DNA of 64,000 nucleotides from NCBI RefSeq assembly GCF_988242995.1, contig NZ_OZ547043.1; one strand, 5' to 3'. Shown piece by piece: positions 18,889 to 30,253 of this stretch (position 1 is its first letter; each line of letters starts with the position of its first letter). The notes under the pieces were generated by a model. It saw only the letters and a program-made list of their open reading frames with translations, ran no database searches and was not told where the DNA came from. The position numbers and the translations under genes were made by a program.

Positions 18889-20067
18889 TTATTTCCTCCG
18901 CAACGTTACGCCGCCGGAAACCACATCACCCTCTTTCTGTAACGCGTCCTGTTGCACAACATAATCTGCCGCCAGTGCGCTACGCAGTTTGTCGAAGCTG
19001 GCAAAGTTTGCAGCCCGTAGCTGAAGGTGAAGCGTCTGGCGTTTTTGATCAAAGGTGAAACCACGCATTTCGATGTCGGTAAGTGACGCTGATTTCAGGG
19101 TACTGGCGATCGCTGACAATTCTGCGAGCAGCCGGGTATCGTCGGCCTGTGGGCGATATTTTTTCAGCGCCATCGTCACCTGAGAGCGTAAATTCACAAT
19201 CCGCTTCTGCTCCGGGAACAACGTTAAGAACTGTTTCTCCGCCTGGGTGCGGCTTTGCGCCACCTGTTCGCTGACGCTCCATAACGTCACGCCCCGTTCC
19301 ACTGCCAGCGCAACCAGAATCAGCAATATCGGCAGAATCATCACCCGCCAGCGCGCCCACTGTTTTCGGTAGCTGACCCGAGGCTGCCACGGCCCTGTTA
19401 GCAGATTCCCGTACGGTTCGCCATAAATGGTAATGGCGGGCAGAGCCGTAACGGTCAGGCGTTCAGCATCTGGGCCAGCCCATGCAGATAGTTCTTCCGG
19501 TGCGATTCCGACCACGGTTAGCGAAAGCGGTAAATTCTGCTCATTGAGCTGTGCGCGGAACATGACCGGAGCCAGCGCCCGCTCGGCGCTCCATCCCCGG
19601 CATTCATCGATGCGGCAGATAACCCGTTGCGCATCGCCAGCCATAAACCCACAAGGAATGGACATCCAGTCCGGCGCGACGGTAGCGCGGGTGATGCCGT
19701 TTGCCTGCAACCACTGCGCAATGTTGCGCATATGCTGTTGGTGAATCACTGCTACGGTTGCCAGTTGCTGGTCGATTTTCAACGGGGCGAAATGCAGTTC
19801 ATCGATATCCTGGTTCAGCTCTTCTTCCAGTAAGGCGGGCAGAATAGTCGGTATCTGCTTGCGGGCGACATCAGGCAGTTCAACCTGCCAGACGCTGATC
19901 CATTCGCCGGGAATGTAGAGTCGAATCGCATCAGTTTGCAGCCATTGCTGGAGCTGTTCGTTGTCAACGTCAGACCAGATGCCGTGCTCCACGTCGGTGG
20001 TACGGTGCTGCCAACGGATGGGATCGGAGGCGCAAAGCGGGATAAAAATCTCAAGCATGGAACTCAC
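18889..20067 (-). CDS. gspL: Type II secretion system protein L
   Basis: 392 aa, position and size; coupled to gspK and gspM. Confidence 0.8.
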   Translation of the reverse strand: MSSMLEIFIPLCASDPIRWQHRTTDVEHGIWSDVDNEQLQQWLQTDAIRLYIPGEWISVWQVELPDVARKQIPTILPALLEEELNQDIDELHFAPLKIDQQLATVAVIHQQHMRNIAQWLQANGITRATVAPDWMSIPCGFMAGDAQRVICRIDECRGWSAERALAPVMFRAQLNEQNLPLSLTVVGIAPEELSAWAGPDAERLTVTALPAITIYGEPYGNLLTGPWQPRVSYRKQWARWRVMILPILLILVALAVERGVTLWSVSEQVAQSRTQAEKQFLTLFPEQKRIVNLRSQVTMALKKYRPQADDTRLLAELSAIASTLKSASLTDIEMRGFTFDQKRQTLHLQLRAANFASFDKLRSALAADYVVQQDALQKEGDVVSGGVTLRRK

Positions 20068-21041
20068 TCACTTTCTCCTGTCTGATGCCAGAGAACAGAA
20101 AAGTGTTGTGGGCCCATGCGGACAATTAACGAATTCATCGTCAGTTCAATCTCATTCACGGTGATATCTGAACGCAGCCAGAAGTAATTGCTGTCCACGC
20201 TCAGGACGGTTTTTAGCTGTTTTTTAGTACGCTCATCGACGTCAGCAAGTAGCGGCTGCGCAAGAAACTGATCGACATCTTCCCAGCCTTTCGCCGGACG
20301 TTGTTGTAATAACGCCCGCGCCTGAACAGGGCTTAACCACGGGTCAAACAGCGCCTCAAGAATCACACTTTGCGTGACGTCTAAGGTATTGATGTTGATT
20401 TGCTGGCGGGTCATCGGCAGCGCACAGACCAGCGGTTTCAGTTTTTGATAAAGTCCGGCGTCCATTCCCTGCACCACGCGCATCTCGCTGATATCAGCCA
20501 GCGGTTGATTGGCAGCGTAAAACGGCACCGAACGGGCGAGATACTCGCTGTCTTCACGGCCCAGACGCGTCTGCACGCTGCGGTCTTCGTCAATAAACTC
20601 CCACAGGCTTTCGGCTATCAGTTCGGCCCGATAAGCAGGCACATTGAGGCGTGATATCAGGGCAATCAGTTGTTGTACCGCAATAGGACGCGACGCCGTC
20701 GTCGGCTGAGCGAGGGCATTCAGGTTAAAGCAGGCCTGGGCGTCACGCAGAGTGACGGCGATTTGCCCCTGCGGCAGTGGGAAAAAACGAGGGCCGGAAG
20801 CCCACGGCTGCGCCAGATGCACGCGCTTTTCATTTTTCAGGCTCAGACTGAGCGCGCTCAGCGCCAGGCTTTCCGCACTGGCGCTGTACCACAGCGCCTG
20901 CTGGTACTCCTGCTGGCTGCGCGTTCGCCCAAGTTGTTGCTGCATTCGCCCGGAAAGCGTGATGGTCACCAGCATCATAACCGCCAGCAATACCAGCACC
21001 ACGACCAGTGCCATTCCGCGTTTTGGTGGTGAGGTGATCAT
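20064..21041 (-). CDS. gspK: Type II secretion minor pseudopilin K
   Basis: 325 aa with N-terminal hydrophobic pseudopilin-like segment; ATGA overlap with neighbours. Confidence 0.8.
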   Translation of the reverse strand: MITSPPKRGMALVVVLVLLAVMMLVTITLSGRMQQQLGRTRSQQEYQQALWYSASAESLALSALSLSLKNEKRVHLAQPWASGPRFFPLPQGQIAVTLRDAQACFNLNALAQPTTASRPIAVQQLIALISRLNVPAYRAELIAESLWEFIDEDRSVQTRLGREDSEYLARSVPFYAANQPLADISEMRVVQGMDAGLYQKLKPLVCALPMTRQQININTLDVTQSVILEALFDPWLSPVQARALLQQRPAKGWEDVDQFLAQPLLADVDERTKKQLKTVLSVDSNYFWLRSDITVNEIELTMNSLIVRMGPQHFSVLWHQTGESE

Positions 21042-21643
21042 GATAATTGCGGCCCGCGTAACAACCAGATGCGTTCAATTTCGCCCCACTGCGGCGAATG
21101 CAGGGTTATGCGTACCGCCACGGGGATCGCCTGTACTGACGACCAGCTCTCCTGCCAGCGCATACCATCATAGAACTGCAAACGAAGCGAATCCGCCGGA
21201 ATCAACTTTTGCATTGTCGGCTTCACGCTGCCTGCTGCGTCGGTCAGCGGCCAGGCTAACCGTTCGAGATAACCGTCATGAATGCGGTAACCGACGGTGA
21301 GCAGATTACTGCGCGGCAGACGCATCAACGGGTTAACCACGCCGCCACGCACAAAGCGCATCCCTTCACTCTCAGACGCCAGCACGCCAGGGCCAGCCAG
21401 TAACGCTGGTTCACGCTGGCCCTGATCGCCTCTTACCGGACGCGGCATCATTTGTGTCAGATCGTGGGTCAGAAAACTCATCGTTTGCTGCATGAGGTTT
21501 AGTTTTTGATCGTGTCCGGCGACGGCGCTATTCACGCGTGTGACGCCGTTAGTCACCTGCTGCGCCATCAGTGCCAGCGAGGCAAAAATGGCTATCGCCA
21601 CCAGCATTTCCAGTAACGTGAAACCAGCGCGAGTCCTTCTCAC
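21038..21643 (-). CDS. gspJ: Type II secretion minor pseudopilin J
   Basis: 201 aa, prepilin-type N-terminus RAGFTLLEMLVAIAIF. Confidence 0.8.
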   Translation of the reverse strand: MRRTRAGFTLLEMLVAIAIFASLALMAQQVTNGVTRVNSAVAGHDQKLNLMQQTMSFLTHDLTQMMPRPVRGDQGQREPALLAGPGVLASESEGMRFVRGGVVNPLMRLPRSNLLTVGYRIHDGYLERLAWPLTDAAGSVKPTMQKLIPADSLRLQFYDGMRWQESWSSVQAIPVAVRITLHSPQWGEIERIWLLRGPQLS

Positions 21644-22011
21644 TGTTGGCCTCCCACGGCGCTAAACCAGGCGCGTCGTGACTGAATCACCGACGAAAAG
21701 TCTTCGTGACGGCTGACTTCAATATCCACGGCCTGGAGCAGCGCGTTGCCTGTACTCAGCGGTGTGGTTCGCCAGTACCAGCGGCTTCCTGCCATATCGC
21801 TCTCGCCCTGGTGGCTGACCGCCCGCTGCTCGCGGGTCATCAGGTAGAGCAGCGCAGTCTGGTTTTCAGCCACCCAGCCCGCTACCGTTTTTTCCTCAAG
21901 AACGTGCTGATTACTCAGCGCGCCGCTGGCAATCTGTAACACCGCCGTGGCAGCCAGCGCAAAAATCGCCAGCGCGAGCATCACTTCCAGCAAGGTAAAT
22001 CCACGCTTCAT
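21640..22011 (-). CDS. gspI: Type II secretion minor pseudopilin I
   Basis: 123 aa, prepilin-type N-terminus MKRGFTLLEVMLALAIF. Confidence 0.8.
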   Translation of the reverse strand: MKRGFTLLEVMLALAIFALAATAVLQIASGALSNQHVLEEKTVAGWVAENQTALLYLMTREQRAVSHQGESDMAGSRWYWRTTPLSTGNALLQAVDIEVSRHEDFSSVIQSRRAWFSAVGGQQ

Positions 22012-22571
22012 GGCATCCTCTCATCACATTGACTGAGGGATAACACGCCATCGTGTGCCAGTTTTACCGCCCAACATGCGTTTTGCGCCGCCGAGTAGAA
22101 GCGCAGCGTAAACGGCGTGGCGGGTTCAAAAGGCGAAAAACGGATCTGCGGCGTCTTCTTTTTCGCCTCTTTTTGCAGCTCCAGTTCAATATCGTGCAGC
22201 GTCAGGCGACGACGCTGCAGCTCCAGCGCATACTCCTTCTGCCAGATATCACTGCCGGGTTGTAACAGCACCTGCACCTGTTTTGGCACCGTAACCTGTG
22301 CCGATAACCGGGTCGCAGAAACGGGCAGCCACTGCCCGTGACGACGCTGCATAAACTGATAGCCAGGCGGGTCGATTAGTACACCGAGTGTTTGCCCTTC
22401 GATCACTGCCCTGTCCTTAAACTGCGCAAAGCGAGTCAGAAAATCCTGCGCCGCTTTTTTCGCGGGCGATTCAGAATCGGTCGCAAACGTCTGTACCACG
22501 CCCGCACTGGCAAGGCCGATAAGGAAAATCACCAGCATGATTTCCAGAAGTGTGAATCCGCGTTCAGGCAC
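22008..22571 (-). CDS. gspH: Type II secretion minor pseudopilin H
   Basis: 187 aa, prepilin-type N-terminus RGFTLLEIMLVIFLIG. Confidence 0.8.
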   Translation of the reverse strand: MPERGFTLLEIMLVIFLIGLASAGVVQTFATDSESPAKKAAQDFLTRFAQFKDRAVIEGQTLGVLIDPPGYQFMQRRHGQWLPVSATRLSAQVTVPKQVQVLLQPGSDIWQKEYALELQRRRLTLHDIELELQKEAKKKTPQIRFSPFEPATPFTLRFYSAAQNACWAVKLAHDGVLSLSQCDERMP

Positions 22572-22574
22572 TGA

Positions 22575-23030
22575 TTACTGAAACTCCTGCAAATTCCAGT
22601 TACCGATATCTGCGCCAGCGCCCTCCCCGTTTTCCTGACCATCTGCCCCCAGGGTATAAACATCAAACAGTCCTTTTTCACCCGGGCTGAGATACTGATA
22701 ATCATTGCCCCACGGATCTTTTGGCAGTCGTTTAATGTATCCACCGGTACGGTAGTTGCGGGAGTCCGCCATATTGGCCGGTTGCTGGATCAGCGCCTCA
22801 AGCCCCTGCTCGGTAGTCGGATAACGCCCGTTATCCAGTCGGTACATATCCAGCGCATTCTCCAGCGCCACGATATCGCTGATGGCTTTTTGCCGATCGG
22901 CTTTCTCTTTGTTGCCCAGCAGGTTAGGCACCACCAGACTTGCCAGGACGCCAAGAATAACAATAACCACCATCACTTCCAGCAGGGTAAAACCTGCCCG
23001 TGGTTTTTGTGTGCGGGATAACGAATTCAT
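22575..23030 (-). CDS. gspG: Type II secretion major pseudopilin G
   Basis: Prepilin leader followed by GFTLLEVMVVIVILGVL; start placed at the second Met to avoid the 11-bp overlap with gspF given by the track start (23057). Start uncertain. Confidence 0.8.
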   Translation of the reverse strand: MNSLSRTQKPRAGFTLLEVMVVIVILGVLASLVVPNLLGNKEKADRQKAISDIVALENALDMYRLDNGRYPTTEQGLEALIQQPANMADSRNYRTGGYIKRLPKDPWGNDYQYLSPGEKGLFDVYTLGADGQENGEGAGADIGNWNLQEFQ

Positions 23031-23046
23031 GTGATAACTCCGTAAA

Positions 23047-24270
23047 TTACATTCCAACCATATTGTTCAGTTGTAGCATCGGCTCGAGGATGGCGATGAC
23101 GATAAACAGCACCACGCCCGCCATCATCACCACCAGAGCAGGCTCAAACAGCCCTAACGCCAGCCCCACCCGGGTATCAAATTCCCGTTCCTGGTTGACT
23201 GCGGCCTGTTCAAGCATGGTTTCCAGTTCACCGCTCTGTTCGCCGGAGGCGATCATGTACAGCATCATCGGCGGGAACAGGCGCAACTCCGCCAGCGCGG
23301 CGCGCAAGCTGCTTCCTTCGCGGACGCGATCTGCCGCCAGCAGCAGTTGTTGCTCGACATAACGATTTGCCGACACGGCGGCGGCGGTCTGAATGCCTTC
23401 CAGCAGCGGAACACTGCTGGCGGTGAGGATGCTTAATGTGCGGGAAAAACGCGCCGTATTCAGTCCGCGCGCAACACGCCCCGTCACGGGCAAACGCAGC
23501 AAGGTTTTATCCCAGCGCAGGCGCATCGCAGGATTTTTGAGTAGCCGTTGCCCCAGCACCAGAAGCCCCAGAAAACCCGCCAGCCAGTACACGCCGCTGG
23601 CCTGTAACGCGTCGCTCATAGCGATGAGCATTCGGGTGGAGGCGGGTAGCGCGTGTCCGAGATGATCAAACTGTTCGATAATTTTCGGCACTACTGCCGT
23701 CAGCAAAATAGTGACCACGCCCGTTGCCACCACCAGCAGAACCAGCGGGTAGAGCATGGCCTGCAGCAGGCGTGATTTCAGACGCTGCCGCTGTTCGGTG
23801 TAATCCGCCAGGCGATTGAGCACCACGTCGAGATGTCCGGATTTTTCTCCGGCAGCGACCATCGAACAAAACAGGGAATCAAAGACGCGGGGATGTTCGC
23901 GCAGGCTGTCCGACAGGGTATAGCCTTCCTGAATCCGACTGCGCAGCGCCATTCCGAGGCTTTTCACATGCAGTTTTTCACTTTGCTCACTGACCGCCTG
24001 TAAGCAGGTTTCCAACGGCATTGCTGCCTGCACCAGCGTTGCCAGTTGGCGCGTGAACAGCGCCAAATCTGCCGCCGCCACGCGACGATGTGCGTGCCGC
24101 CGACGCTGCAACATCCCCCCTGACGAAGTATTCATCCGGGCTTCAATATGCACGGGGATAAGCTCTTTACCGCGCAACAACTGGCGGGCATGACGCGCGG
24201 AATCCGCCTCAATCATACCTTTGGTTTTGCGACCATTACGCTCCAGCGCCTGATAGTAAAACAGTGCCAT
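23047..24270 (-). CDS. gspF: Type II secretion inner-membrane platform protein F
   Basis: 407 aa polytopic membrane protein in the conserved position. Confidence 0.85.
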   Translation of the reverse strand: MALFYYQALERNGRKTKGMIEADSARHARQLLRGKELIPVHIEARMNTSSGGMLQRRRHAHRRVAAADLALFTRQLATLVQAAMPLETCLQAVSEQSEKLHVKSLGMALRSRIQEGYTLSDSLREHPRVFDSLFCSMVAAGEKSGHLDVVLNRLADYTEQRQRLKSRLLQAMLYPLVLLVVATGVVTILLTAVVPKIIEQFDHLGHALPASTRMLIAMSDALQASGVYWLAGFLGLLVLGQRLLKNPAMRLRWDKTLLRLPVTGRVARGLNTARFSRTLSILTASSVPLLEGIQTAAAVSANRYVEQQLLLAADRVREGSSLRAALAELRLFPPMMLYMIASGEQSGELETMLEQAAVNQEREFDTRVGLALGLFEPALVVMMAGVVLFIVIAILEPMLQLNNMVGM

Positions 24271-25763
24271 TACGCCTCCATGGTTACCCGCAGAACTTCA
24301 TCGAGAGAGGTTTCTCCGGCGAGCACTTTCTCAATGCCGTTGCTGCGGATGCCCGCAGAGTGTTGCCGGACATAACGTTCCAGCTCCAGTTCCCCGGCCT
24401 GACGGTGGATCAAATCACGCAATGTGGCGTCCACCACAATCAGCTCATGGATGGCAGTACGTCCGCGAAAACCTTTGTGATTACAGGCGGGGCAGCCCTG
24501 CGGATGGTACAGCGTGACGGTACGCGCATCGGTAATCCCCAGCAGTCGTTTTTCTTCGTCAGTGGCAGGCGCGGACTGGCGGCAGTCGGTACACAGCGTG
24601 CGAACCAGTCGCTGCGCCATCACGCCCGTCAGACTGGAAGAGAGCAGGAAAGGCCCCACGCCCATATCCTGCAAACGCGTGATCGCCCCCACCGCCGTGT
24701 TGGTATGCAGCGTGGAAAGGACCAGGTGCCCTGTAAGCGATGCCTGGACGGCAATTTCTGCGGTTTCGGTATCGCGGATTTCACCGACCATCACCACATC
24801 CGGGTCCTGACGCAAAATCGCGCGCAGGCCACGGGCGAAGGTCATGCCGACGCGGGTGTTAACCTGCGTCTGACCGATCCCTTCAATCATGTATTCGATA
24901 GGGTCTTCAACCGTGAGAATGTTACGCGAGTGGTTGTTCAGCTCCTGCAATCCAGCATACAGCGTGGTGCTTTTGCCGGAACCCGTCGGCCCCGTCACCA
25001 GAAAGATGCCGTGCGGTTTGTGTAACAGCTGGCGCAACTGCGCAGTCAGTTCGTGACTTAAACCCAGACGCTCCAGCGTCAGGCGGGCCTGGTTTTTGTC
25101 CAGCAGTCGCAGCACCACGCGCTCGCCCCAGGCAGAAGGCATGGTGGAGACACGCACGTCAATCGCCCGACCGCCCAGCAGCAACGCAATACGGCCATCC
25201 TGCGGTACGCGCTTTTCGGCGATATCCAGTCGCGCCATCACCTTGATACGCGACACCAGCAGCGAGGCCAGTTTACGACCGGGGCGCAACATTTCATGTA
25301 ATGTGCCGTCAACACGAAAACGGATCACCAGACTCTTTTCAAACGTCTCAATGTGGATATCCGAAGCGCCTTCTTTGATTGCCTCTGCCAGCATGGCGTT
25401 GATCAGTTTGATGATCGGCGCATCGTCGTCACTTTCCAGCAGATCTTCCGTTTCCGGCAGTTCTTCAGCGAGGGTAAAAAAGTCCTCGGCGGAACCGAGA
25501 TCTTCCATCAGCTGGCGAGCTTCGGAAGAGTCCCGCTGCCAGACCGCATTCAGCCGCTGTTCAAATTCGGCCTCGTCGATTTGCCGCAGCGTAAAGGGCG
25601 CGTTCAGCCCCCGTTGTAGCTCCTGCAAAACAGAGAGCGACAACGGATGAACATGGAGGATCTCCAGCGACGCTTCGCACCATGCCACCAGGCTAAACCG
25701 ACGGCTGAAACTGTAGGGCAGACGCACGGTGTTAGCGGTGGTTTCCTGTGCTACAGGCACCAT
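24270..25763 (-). CDS. gspE: Type II secretion ATPase E
   Basis: 497 aa with Walker [10 protein letters not shown] and a CxxC...CxxC zinc-binding tetracysteine motif. Confidence 0.9.
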   Translation of the reverse strand: MVPVAQETTANTVRLPYSFSRRFSLVAWCEASLEILHVHPLSLSVLQELQRGLNAPFTLRQIDEAEFEQRLNAVWQRDSSEARQLMEDLGSAEDFFTLAEELPETEDLLESDDDAPIIKLINAMLAEAIKEGASDIHIETFEKSLVIRFRVDGTLHEMLRPGRKLASLLVSRIKVMARLDIAEKRVPQDGRIALLLGGRAIDVRVSTMPSAWGERVVLRLLDKNQARLTLERLGLSHELTAQLRQLLHKPHGIFLVTGPTGSGKSTTLYAGLQELNNHSRNILTVEDPIEYMIEGIGQTQVNTRVGMTFARGLRAILRQDPDVVMVGEIRDTETAEIAVQASLTGHLVLSTLHTNTAVGAITRLQDMGVGPFLLSSSLTGVMAQRLVRTLCTDCRQSAPATDEEKRLLGITDARTVTLYHPQGCPACNHKGFRGRTAIHELIVVDATLRDLIHRQAGELELERYVRQHSAGIRSNGIEKVLAGETSLDEVLRVTMEA

Positions 25764-27823
25764 TAACGCGTTCTCCCGGCATTGAGGAACGCGCGTACTT
25801 CCGGCGGTAAGGCCTGATTTTGCGCTGGCAATATCGGCTGCGCGGTGTGCGGCATCAGGCTTAAGCCTTGCTCATCGCGGTAGATTTGCTCAGCGCGCAT
25901 GTAGTTATATTTGCGCTGCGACACGCCGTCTGCCGCCATACCGTCACGCAAAATGGTCGGGCGGATAAACACCATCAGGTTACGTTTTTCTTTTTTATCC
26001 GCCGTCGATTTAAACAGGTTACCAATCAACGGGATATCACCCAGCAGCGGCACTTTCGCCACGCTTTCTCCCGCCTGGTCGTCCATCAGACCGCCAAGCA
26101 CGATCAGCTCACCATCGTTAGCCAGCACGGTGGTTTTCAGTTTGCGCTCGCCAAACACGACATCGAGGCTGGTCTGCCCTTCCACTTTCGAGACTTCCTG
26201 CTCAATCACCATCTGTACCGCGTTACCTTCATTAATCTGCGGCGTGACTTTCAGCATGATGCCGACTTTTTTCCTCTCTACCGTATTGAAAGGATTGCTG
26301 TTATTGGAGCCAACGGTAGATCCAGTTAATACCGGAACGTCCTGGCCCACCATGAAGAAGGCTTCCTGGTTGTCCAGCGTGGTGATACTCGGCGTGGAGA
26401 GCACGTTCGAGCTGGAGTCGTTTTTGACCGCCTGTACCAGCGCCATCCAGTCGCCTTTCACCACGCCAACCGCCGTACCGCTAAAGCCAGAAAGAAGCTG
26501 AGCAAGCGTGGAGAGATCGCCGTTAGTATCCGGATTTATGGTGGTAGCACCGTTTTCACTGATCACCGTCGAGCCTTTCTGCGGTTTTGCCTGAGAAATC
26601 GCTGCGCCCAGCGTACCGATAGGGATCTGCGTACCGTTAGCAAACTGCATTAATCCGGCATCTTTCGACGCCCACTGCACGCCGAAGTTGATATTGCTGC
26701 CTTCAGCAACTTCCACGATTAACGCCTCGACATGCACCTGAGCACGGCGAATATCCAGTTGTTCAATCACGCTTTGCAGCGACTGCATGATGTCCTGCGG
26801 CGCGGTAACAATCAGGGCATTACTGTGTTTGCTGGCGGCGATGGAGACAACCTCACGCCCGCTACCGACCGTGCCTTCCGCCTCTTCTTTAGCCGCCGTG
26901 AGCGTGCCGCTGACCTGCTTCAGCACATCGACCAGATCTTCGGCTTTGCTGTATTTGAGATAGAAAACCTGGCTGTTGCCGCTGCGTTCCATTTCTGAGT
27001 CCAGCCGACGGATCAGGCGGCGCATTTTGTCCCGCGTGGCGGGATCACCACTGACAATCACACTGTTGGTGCGTTCATCGGCGACAATTTGAGATTTCAG
27101 CGTTGCTGGCTGGTTCTCGCCGCTGTTTTTGGTCAGGCTTTCCAGCACGCGGGCGATTTCCGAAGCCGAGGCGTTATCCAGCGGGATCACCTCTTCAGTG
27201 CGATTACCCGCGTGATCCACGCGCTGGATCACTTCCGTCAGGCGCTCCACGACGGAGGCGCGTCCGGTGAGCATAATTACGTTGGAGGGATCGTAGTTAA
27301 CTACGTTTCCAGACCCCGCGCTGTCGATCATCTGGCGCAGGATCGGTGCCAGCTCGCGGACCGACACATTACGTACCGGCACTACTTTGGTGACCATTTC
27401 ATCGCCCGCGTAGTTGTCGCTACCTTCACCGACCAACGGCAGTGGCTCGACTTTCGCGGCGCTGGATTTCACCACCTTCAGCACGTCGTTTTCCATCGGT
27501 ACGACGGCATACCCCTGTGCTTCCAGCAGGTTAAGGAATAGCTGGTAATACTGGCGTTCATTGAGCGGGGTCATGGTGCGAATACTCACTTTCCCCTGTA
27601 CGCCCGGCCCCATAATGATGGTTTTATTAAGGTTAGCGCCGACGGTTTCGATGAACGATTTCAGGTCGGTATCTTTAAAATTAGCGGTGAAAGTGGCTTC
27701 TTCCGCCCAGACCGGTGAACTGCATAATGCCGCTGCCAGCACCAGCGGCAGTAAACGCTTTTTTGTTTTGAGGCCAGTTGTCTTCTTACGCCAGACCGAC
27801 AACGTAATATCACGCCAAAACAC
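25763..27823 (-). CDS. gspD: Type II secretion secretin D
   Basis: 686 aa, signal peptide, conserved C-terminal secretin domain ([14 protein letters not shown]). Confidence 0.9.
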   Translation of the reverse strand: MFWRDITLSVWRKKTTGLKTKKRLLPLVLAAALCSSPVWAEEATFTANFKDTDLKSFIETVGANLNKTIIMGPGVQGKVSIRTMTPLNERQYYQLFLNLLEAQGYAVVPMENDVLKVVKSSAAKVEPLPLVGEGSDNYAGDEMVTKVVPVRNVSVRELAPILRQMIDSAGSGNVVNYDPSNVIMLTGRASVVERLTEVIQRVDHAGNRTEEVIPLDNASASEIARVLESLTKNSGENQPATLKSQIVADERTNSVIVSGDPATRDKMRRLIRRLDSEMERSGNSQVFYLKYSKAEDLVDVLKQVSGTLTAAKEEAEGTVGSGREVVSIAASKHSNALIVTAPQDIMQSLQSVIEQLDIRRAQVHVEALIVEVAEGSNINFGVQWASKDAGLMQFANGTQIPIGTLGAAISQAKPQKGSTVISENGATTINPDTNGDLSTLAQLLSGFSGTAVGVVKGDWMALVQAVKNDSSSNVLSTPSITTLDNQEAFFMVGQDVPVLTGSTVGSNNSNPFNTVERKKVGIMLKVTPQINEGNAVQMVIEQEVSKVEGQTSLDVVFGERKLKTTVLANDGELIVLGGLMDDQAGESVAKVPLLGDIPLIGNLFKSTADKKEKRNLMVFIRPTILRDGMAADGVSQRKYNYMRAEQIYRDEQGLSLMPHTAQPILPAQNQALPPEVRAFLNAGRTR

Positions 27824-27852
27824 GATGAATGATTCTCCTGGATTAAATGCGG

Positions 27853-28812
27853 TTAGCGCAGCGCGATGGAAATGTCGTGGCGCGCACCCTTGCGTAAAAC
27901 CGTAAGTTGAATGGAATCCATTGAAGGTAACTGCCGCATCAGAGCAATCATTGCTCGTGGATCAGTGAAATCCTGCTGATTGAGCGCAATGGCGATATCG
28001 CCTTCCCTGAAACCGCTGGCATCGAACAGAGAACGATCTGCCCCCGGCTTCACTGCATAACCGACAATTCCCTCCTTACGCACAGGCGTAAGCTGGATAT
28101 AGTTAAAAATTTTCTGCGGATCTTTCGCCAGTGCCTGACGCACGGCAGTCGGAATCTCAACTGGCGCACTGACAGCAGGTTCAGCAACAGCTTGTTTTGC
28201 TTCGTCACTGACAGCTTTTTTGTTGGTCACGGCTACGGTGGAACGCTCCTCTTCTGCCAGGCTCAGGCGCTCTATTTTTCCCTGATAGCGCAGCATCACA
28301 TGGTCGCGATTGATTTCCTCAATCACTGCGTTGTGCGAACCAAGCCGTTCCCCCTGCAAATAGACCTGCTGTTTGCCACCTTCTTCAATAACCGCGCCAG
28401 GTCTGGCACCAAAGGCGATCCCGCGCAGCACCACATTAAGACGTGTTTCTGCCACAGGCACAGGTTCAGGTTGTTTTACCGGTGCGGCGACGGGCTGATA
28501 TTTGCCAAACCAGTTTTGCTGGCTGATTAATTGCACGTCATTTTTATCGAACGTTTTTGCATCTGCACGGGGCGGTTTATTCGCCGATGGGGAAACCGCC
28601 GTATATTCCGCAGAAAAGGAGAAATAGCGCCAGAGTGAATGCGCCACTTTTGCAGAAATAATAAGCAGCATCAGCCAGAACATCGCGCGTACAATTTTTC
28701 GCAGATGCTCTTTGTCTGTATTAAGAGATTGTCTCTGGTTAAGAGTGTGACGAATTTTTGTCAGCCATTGAATGAGATAAATTCGTGCGTCACGAAAAAC
28801 AACCCGCGCCAA
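27853..28812 (-). CDS. gspC: Type II secretion protein C
   Basis: 319 aa with N-terminal membrane anchor; first gene of the gspC-M block. Confidence 0.7.
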   Translation of the reverse strand: MARVVFRDARIYLIQWLTKIRHTLNQRQSLNTDKEHLRKIVRAMFWLMLLIISAKVAHSLWRYFSFSAEYTAVSPSANKPPRADAKTFDKNDVQLISQQNWFGKYQPVAAPVKQPEPVPVAETRLNVVLRGIAFGARPGAVIEEGGKQQVYLQGERLGSHNAVIEEINRDHVMLRYQGKIERLSLAEEERSTVAVTNKKAVSDEAKQAVAEPAVSAPVEIPTAVRQALAKDPQKIFNYIQLTPVRKEGIVGYAVKPGADRSLFDASGFREGDIAIALNQQDFTDPRAMIALMRQLPSMDSIQLTVLRKGARHDISIALR

Positions 28813-28829
28813 TTTATATCTACCCGACG

Positions 28830-29231
28830 TTATGCTTTGACTATTCCACAGGTGGTACGATCCAGTTTCCGCTGATACTGGTTACCTGTACGTGTATCAT
28901 TAATCGTTATGCTGTAATTAATTCCCTCGGTAATCATTAATTTCACCGTCGGGTCAGCGCACATTTGTCGTTGATAGCTGGTTAAAAAGGCATCAGGCGT
29001 CTGCGTGGTCTGAGCACCCGCTTCGCTGATAATGGTCATTTTTACCGTCGTGCCGCTACTTTGCGCCAGCACTAAGGTATATGCCGCAGATTTAATCGGC
29101 AGGTTTTGGCTGATATTTTGCGCCTGTTTTTTCGCCAGTAAACTGGCATTTTCATTATGGCTGGCACAGCCACTTAATAATCCCAACAATAGCGATATTA
29201 ATACCCTCCCTGGCATTTGTTTTATCGACAT
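28830..29231 (-). CDS. yghG: Small outer-membrane lipoprotein, probable secretin pilotin (YghG/AspS-type)
   Basis: 133 aa with lipobox LLSGC after the signal sequence; located between pppA and gspC as in T2SS-beta loci. Confidence 0.65.
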   Translation of the reverse strand: MSIKQMPGRVLISLLLGLLSGCASHNENASLLAKKQAQNISQNLPIKSAAYTLVLAQSSGTTVKMTIISEAGAQTTQTPDAFLTSYQRQMCADPTVKLMITEGINYSITINDTRTGNQYQRKLDRTTCGIVKA

Positions 29232-29296
29232 GGTAAATAATCTCTAAGGTTATTAATAAGAGTAAAAATGTCACTTCGATAATGACGTGGTTATCA

Positions 29297-30106
29297 TTAA
29301 AACAATGCCTGTAGATAAAGTGTTGCTATACCGCCCAGACTTAAACACGGTCCAAAAGGCAGTGTGGTTGATCCTCTTTTTGTAATAACGGCATATATCA
29401 GGCCGCAGCATGAGGCGATTAAAGCAACGTTGGGCAGTGATAACGCCCCCACCCAGCCACCTAAAGCGGCGAAGAGTAATACATCGCCCATGCCTAATGC
29501 TTCTTTACGCAGAACTATTCCGGCTATCCAGCGCAGGGAGTAAAAAGTGATAAATCCCACCAGTACGCCGGTAACTGCGTCTTGTAGCGTGAGCGGACTC
29601 TGCTGGACCCATGCCGCAATCAGCCCGGTCCACAATACGCCCTGAGTAAAAACATCGGGCAGCCATTGGTTATCGAGGTCAATGATGCTCGCGGCAATCA
29701 GCCAGGCGGATAATATCATCACCGCCAGCCCCCATCCACTTTCTGGCCACACCAGACTCGCCAGCAAAAAAGCGAGTGCCGTCAATAACTCCACCAGCGG
29801 ATAACGCTTGCTGATTTTCGCCTGACAGTCGCGGCAGCGCCCTTTGAGCATCAGCCAGGAGAGCAGCGGAATATTGTCACGAACGCGGATAGTCTGCTGG
29901 CAATGCGGACAGTGCGAGCGTGGCAGCGCCAGGCTTATTTTTGACTGCGCACTCGGCATTTCACCGTGAAACTCCGCCATTTGTTGGCGCAGCATGATGG
30001 GGTAACGCCAAATCACCACATTCAAAAAACTGCCGATAATCAATCCTCCGACGGTAGCCAGGACGGGCATCGCCGCGGGGTATTGCTGAAAAACATCAAA
30101 AAGCAT
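29297..30106 (-). CDS. pppA: Prepilin peptidase / N-methyltransferase (GspO-type)
   Basis: 269 aa polytopic membrane protein with CxxC pairs (CPHCQ...CRDCQ) typical of type IV prepilin peptidases. Confidence 0.8.
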   Translation of the reverse strand: MLFDVFQQYPAAMPVLATVGGLIIGSFLNVVIWRYPIMLRQQMAEFHGEMPSAQSKISLALPRSHCPHCQQTIRVRDNIPLLSWLMLKGRCRDCQAKISKRYPLVELLTALAFLLASLVWPESGWGLAVMILSAWLIAASIIDLDNQWLPDVFTQGVLWTGLIAAWVQQSPLTLQDAVTGVLVGFITFYSLRWIAGIVLRKEALGMGDVLLFAALGGWVGALSLPNVALIASCCGLIYAVITKRGSTTLPFGPCLSLGGIATLYLQALF

Positions 30107-30129
30107 GGTTAAAGGTTGTTTGTTGTAAT

Positions 30130-30250
30130 TTGCCGGATGCGGGCCTGCGGGTGTATGCCATATGGCTTTCCTCCAGGCCCGATAAGCTGGCGCAACCCGG
30201 TGCGCCTTATTTCATGCCGGATGCGGCGTGAACGCCTTATCCGGCATACA
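30130..30250. repeat. REP/BIME-like palindromic units
   Basis: GCCGGATGCGGGCCTGCGGG (30132-30151) and GCCGGATGCGGCGTGAACGCCTTATCCGGCATAC (30216-30249) match the enterobacterial REP consensus style. Confidence 0.5.
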
Positions 30251-30253
30251 GGA

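Noticed and set aside
18535-29247. Short ORFs on both strands inside the gsp genes (for example 19049-19390, 20752-21300, 25096-25650, 26732-26998)
   Set aside because: They are embedded in the secretion genes with biased Arg/Ser/Ala composition typical of antisense frames in GC-rich coding DNA.
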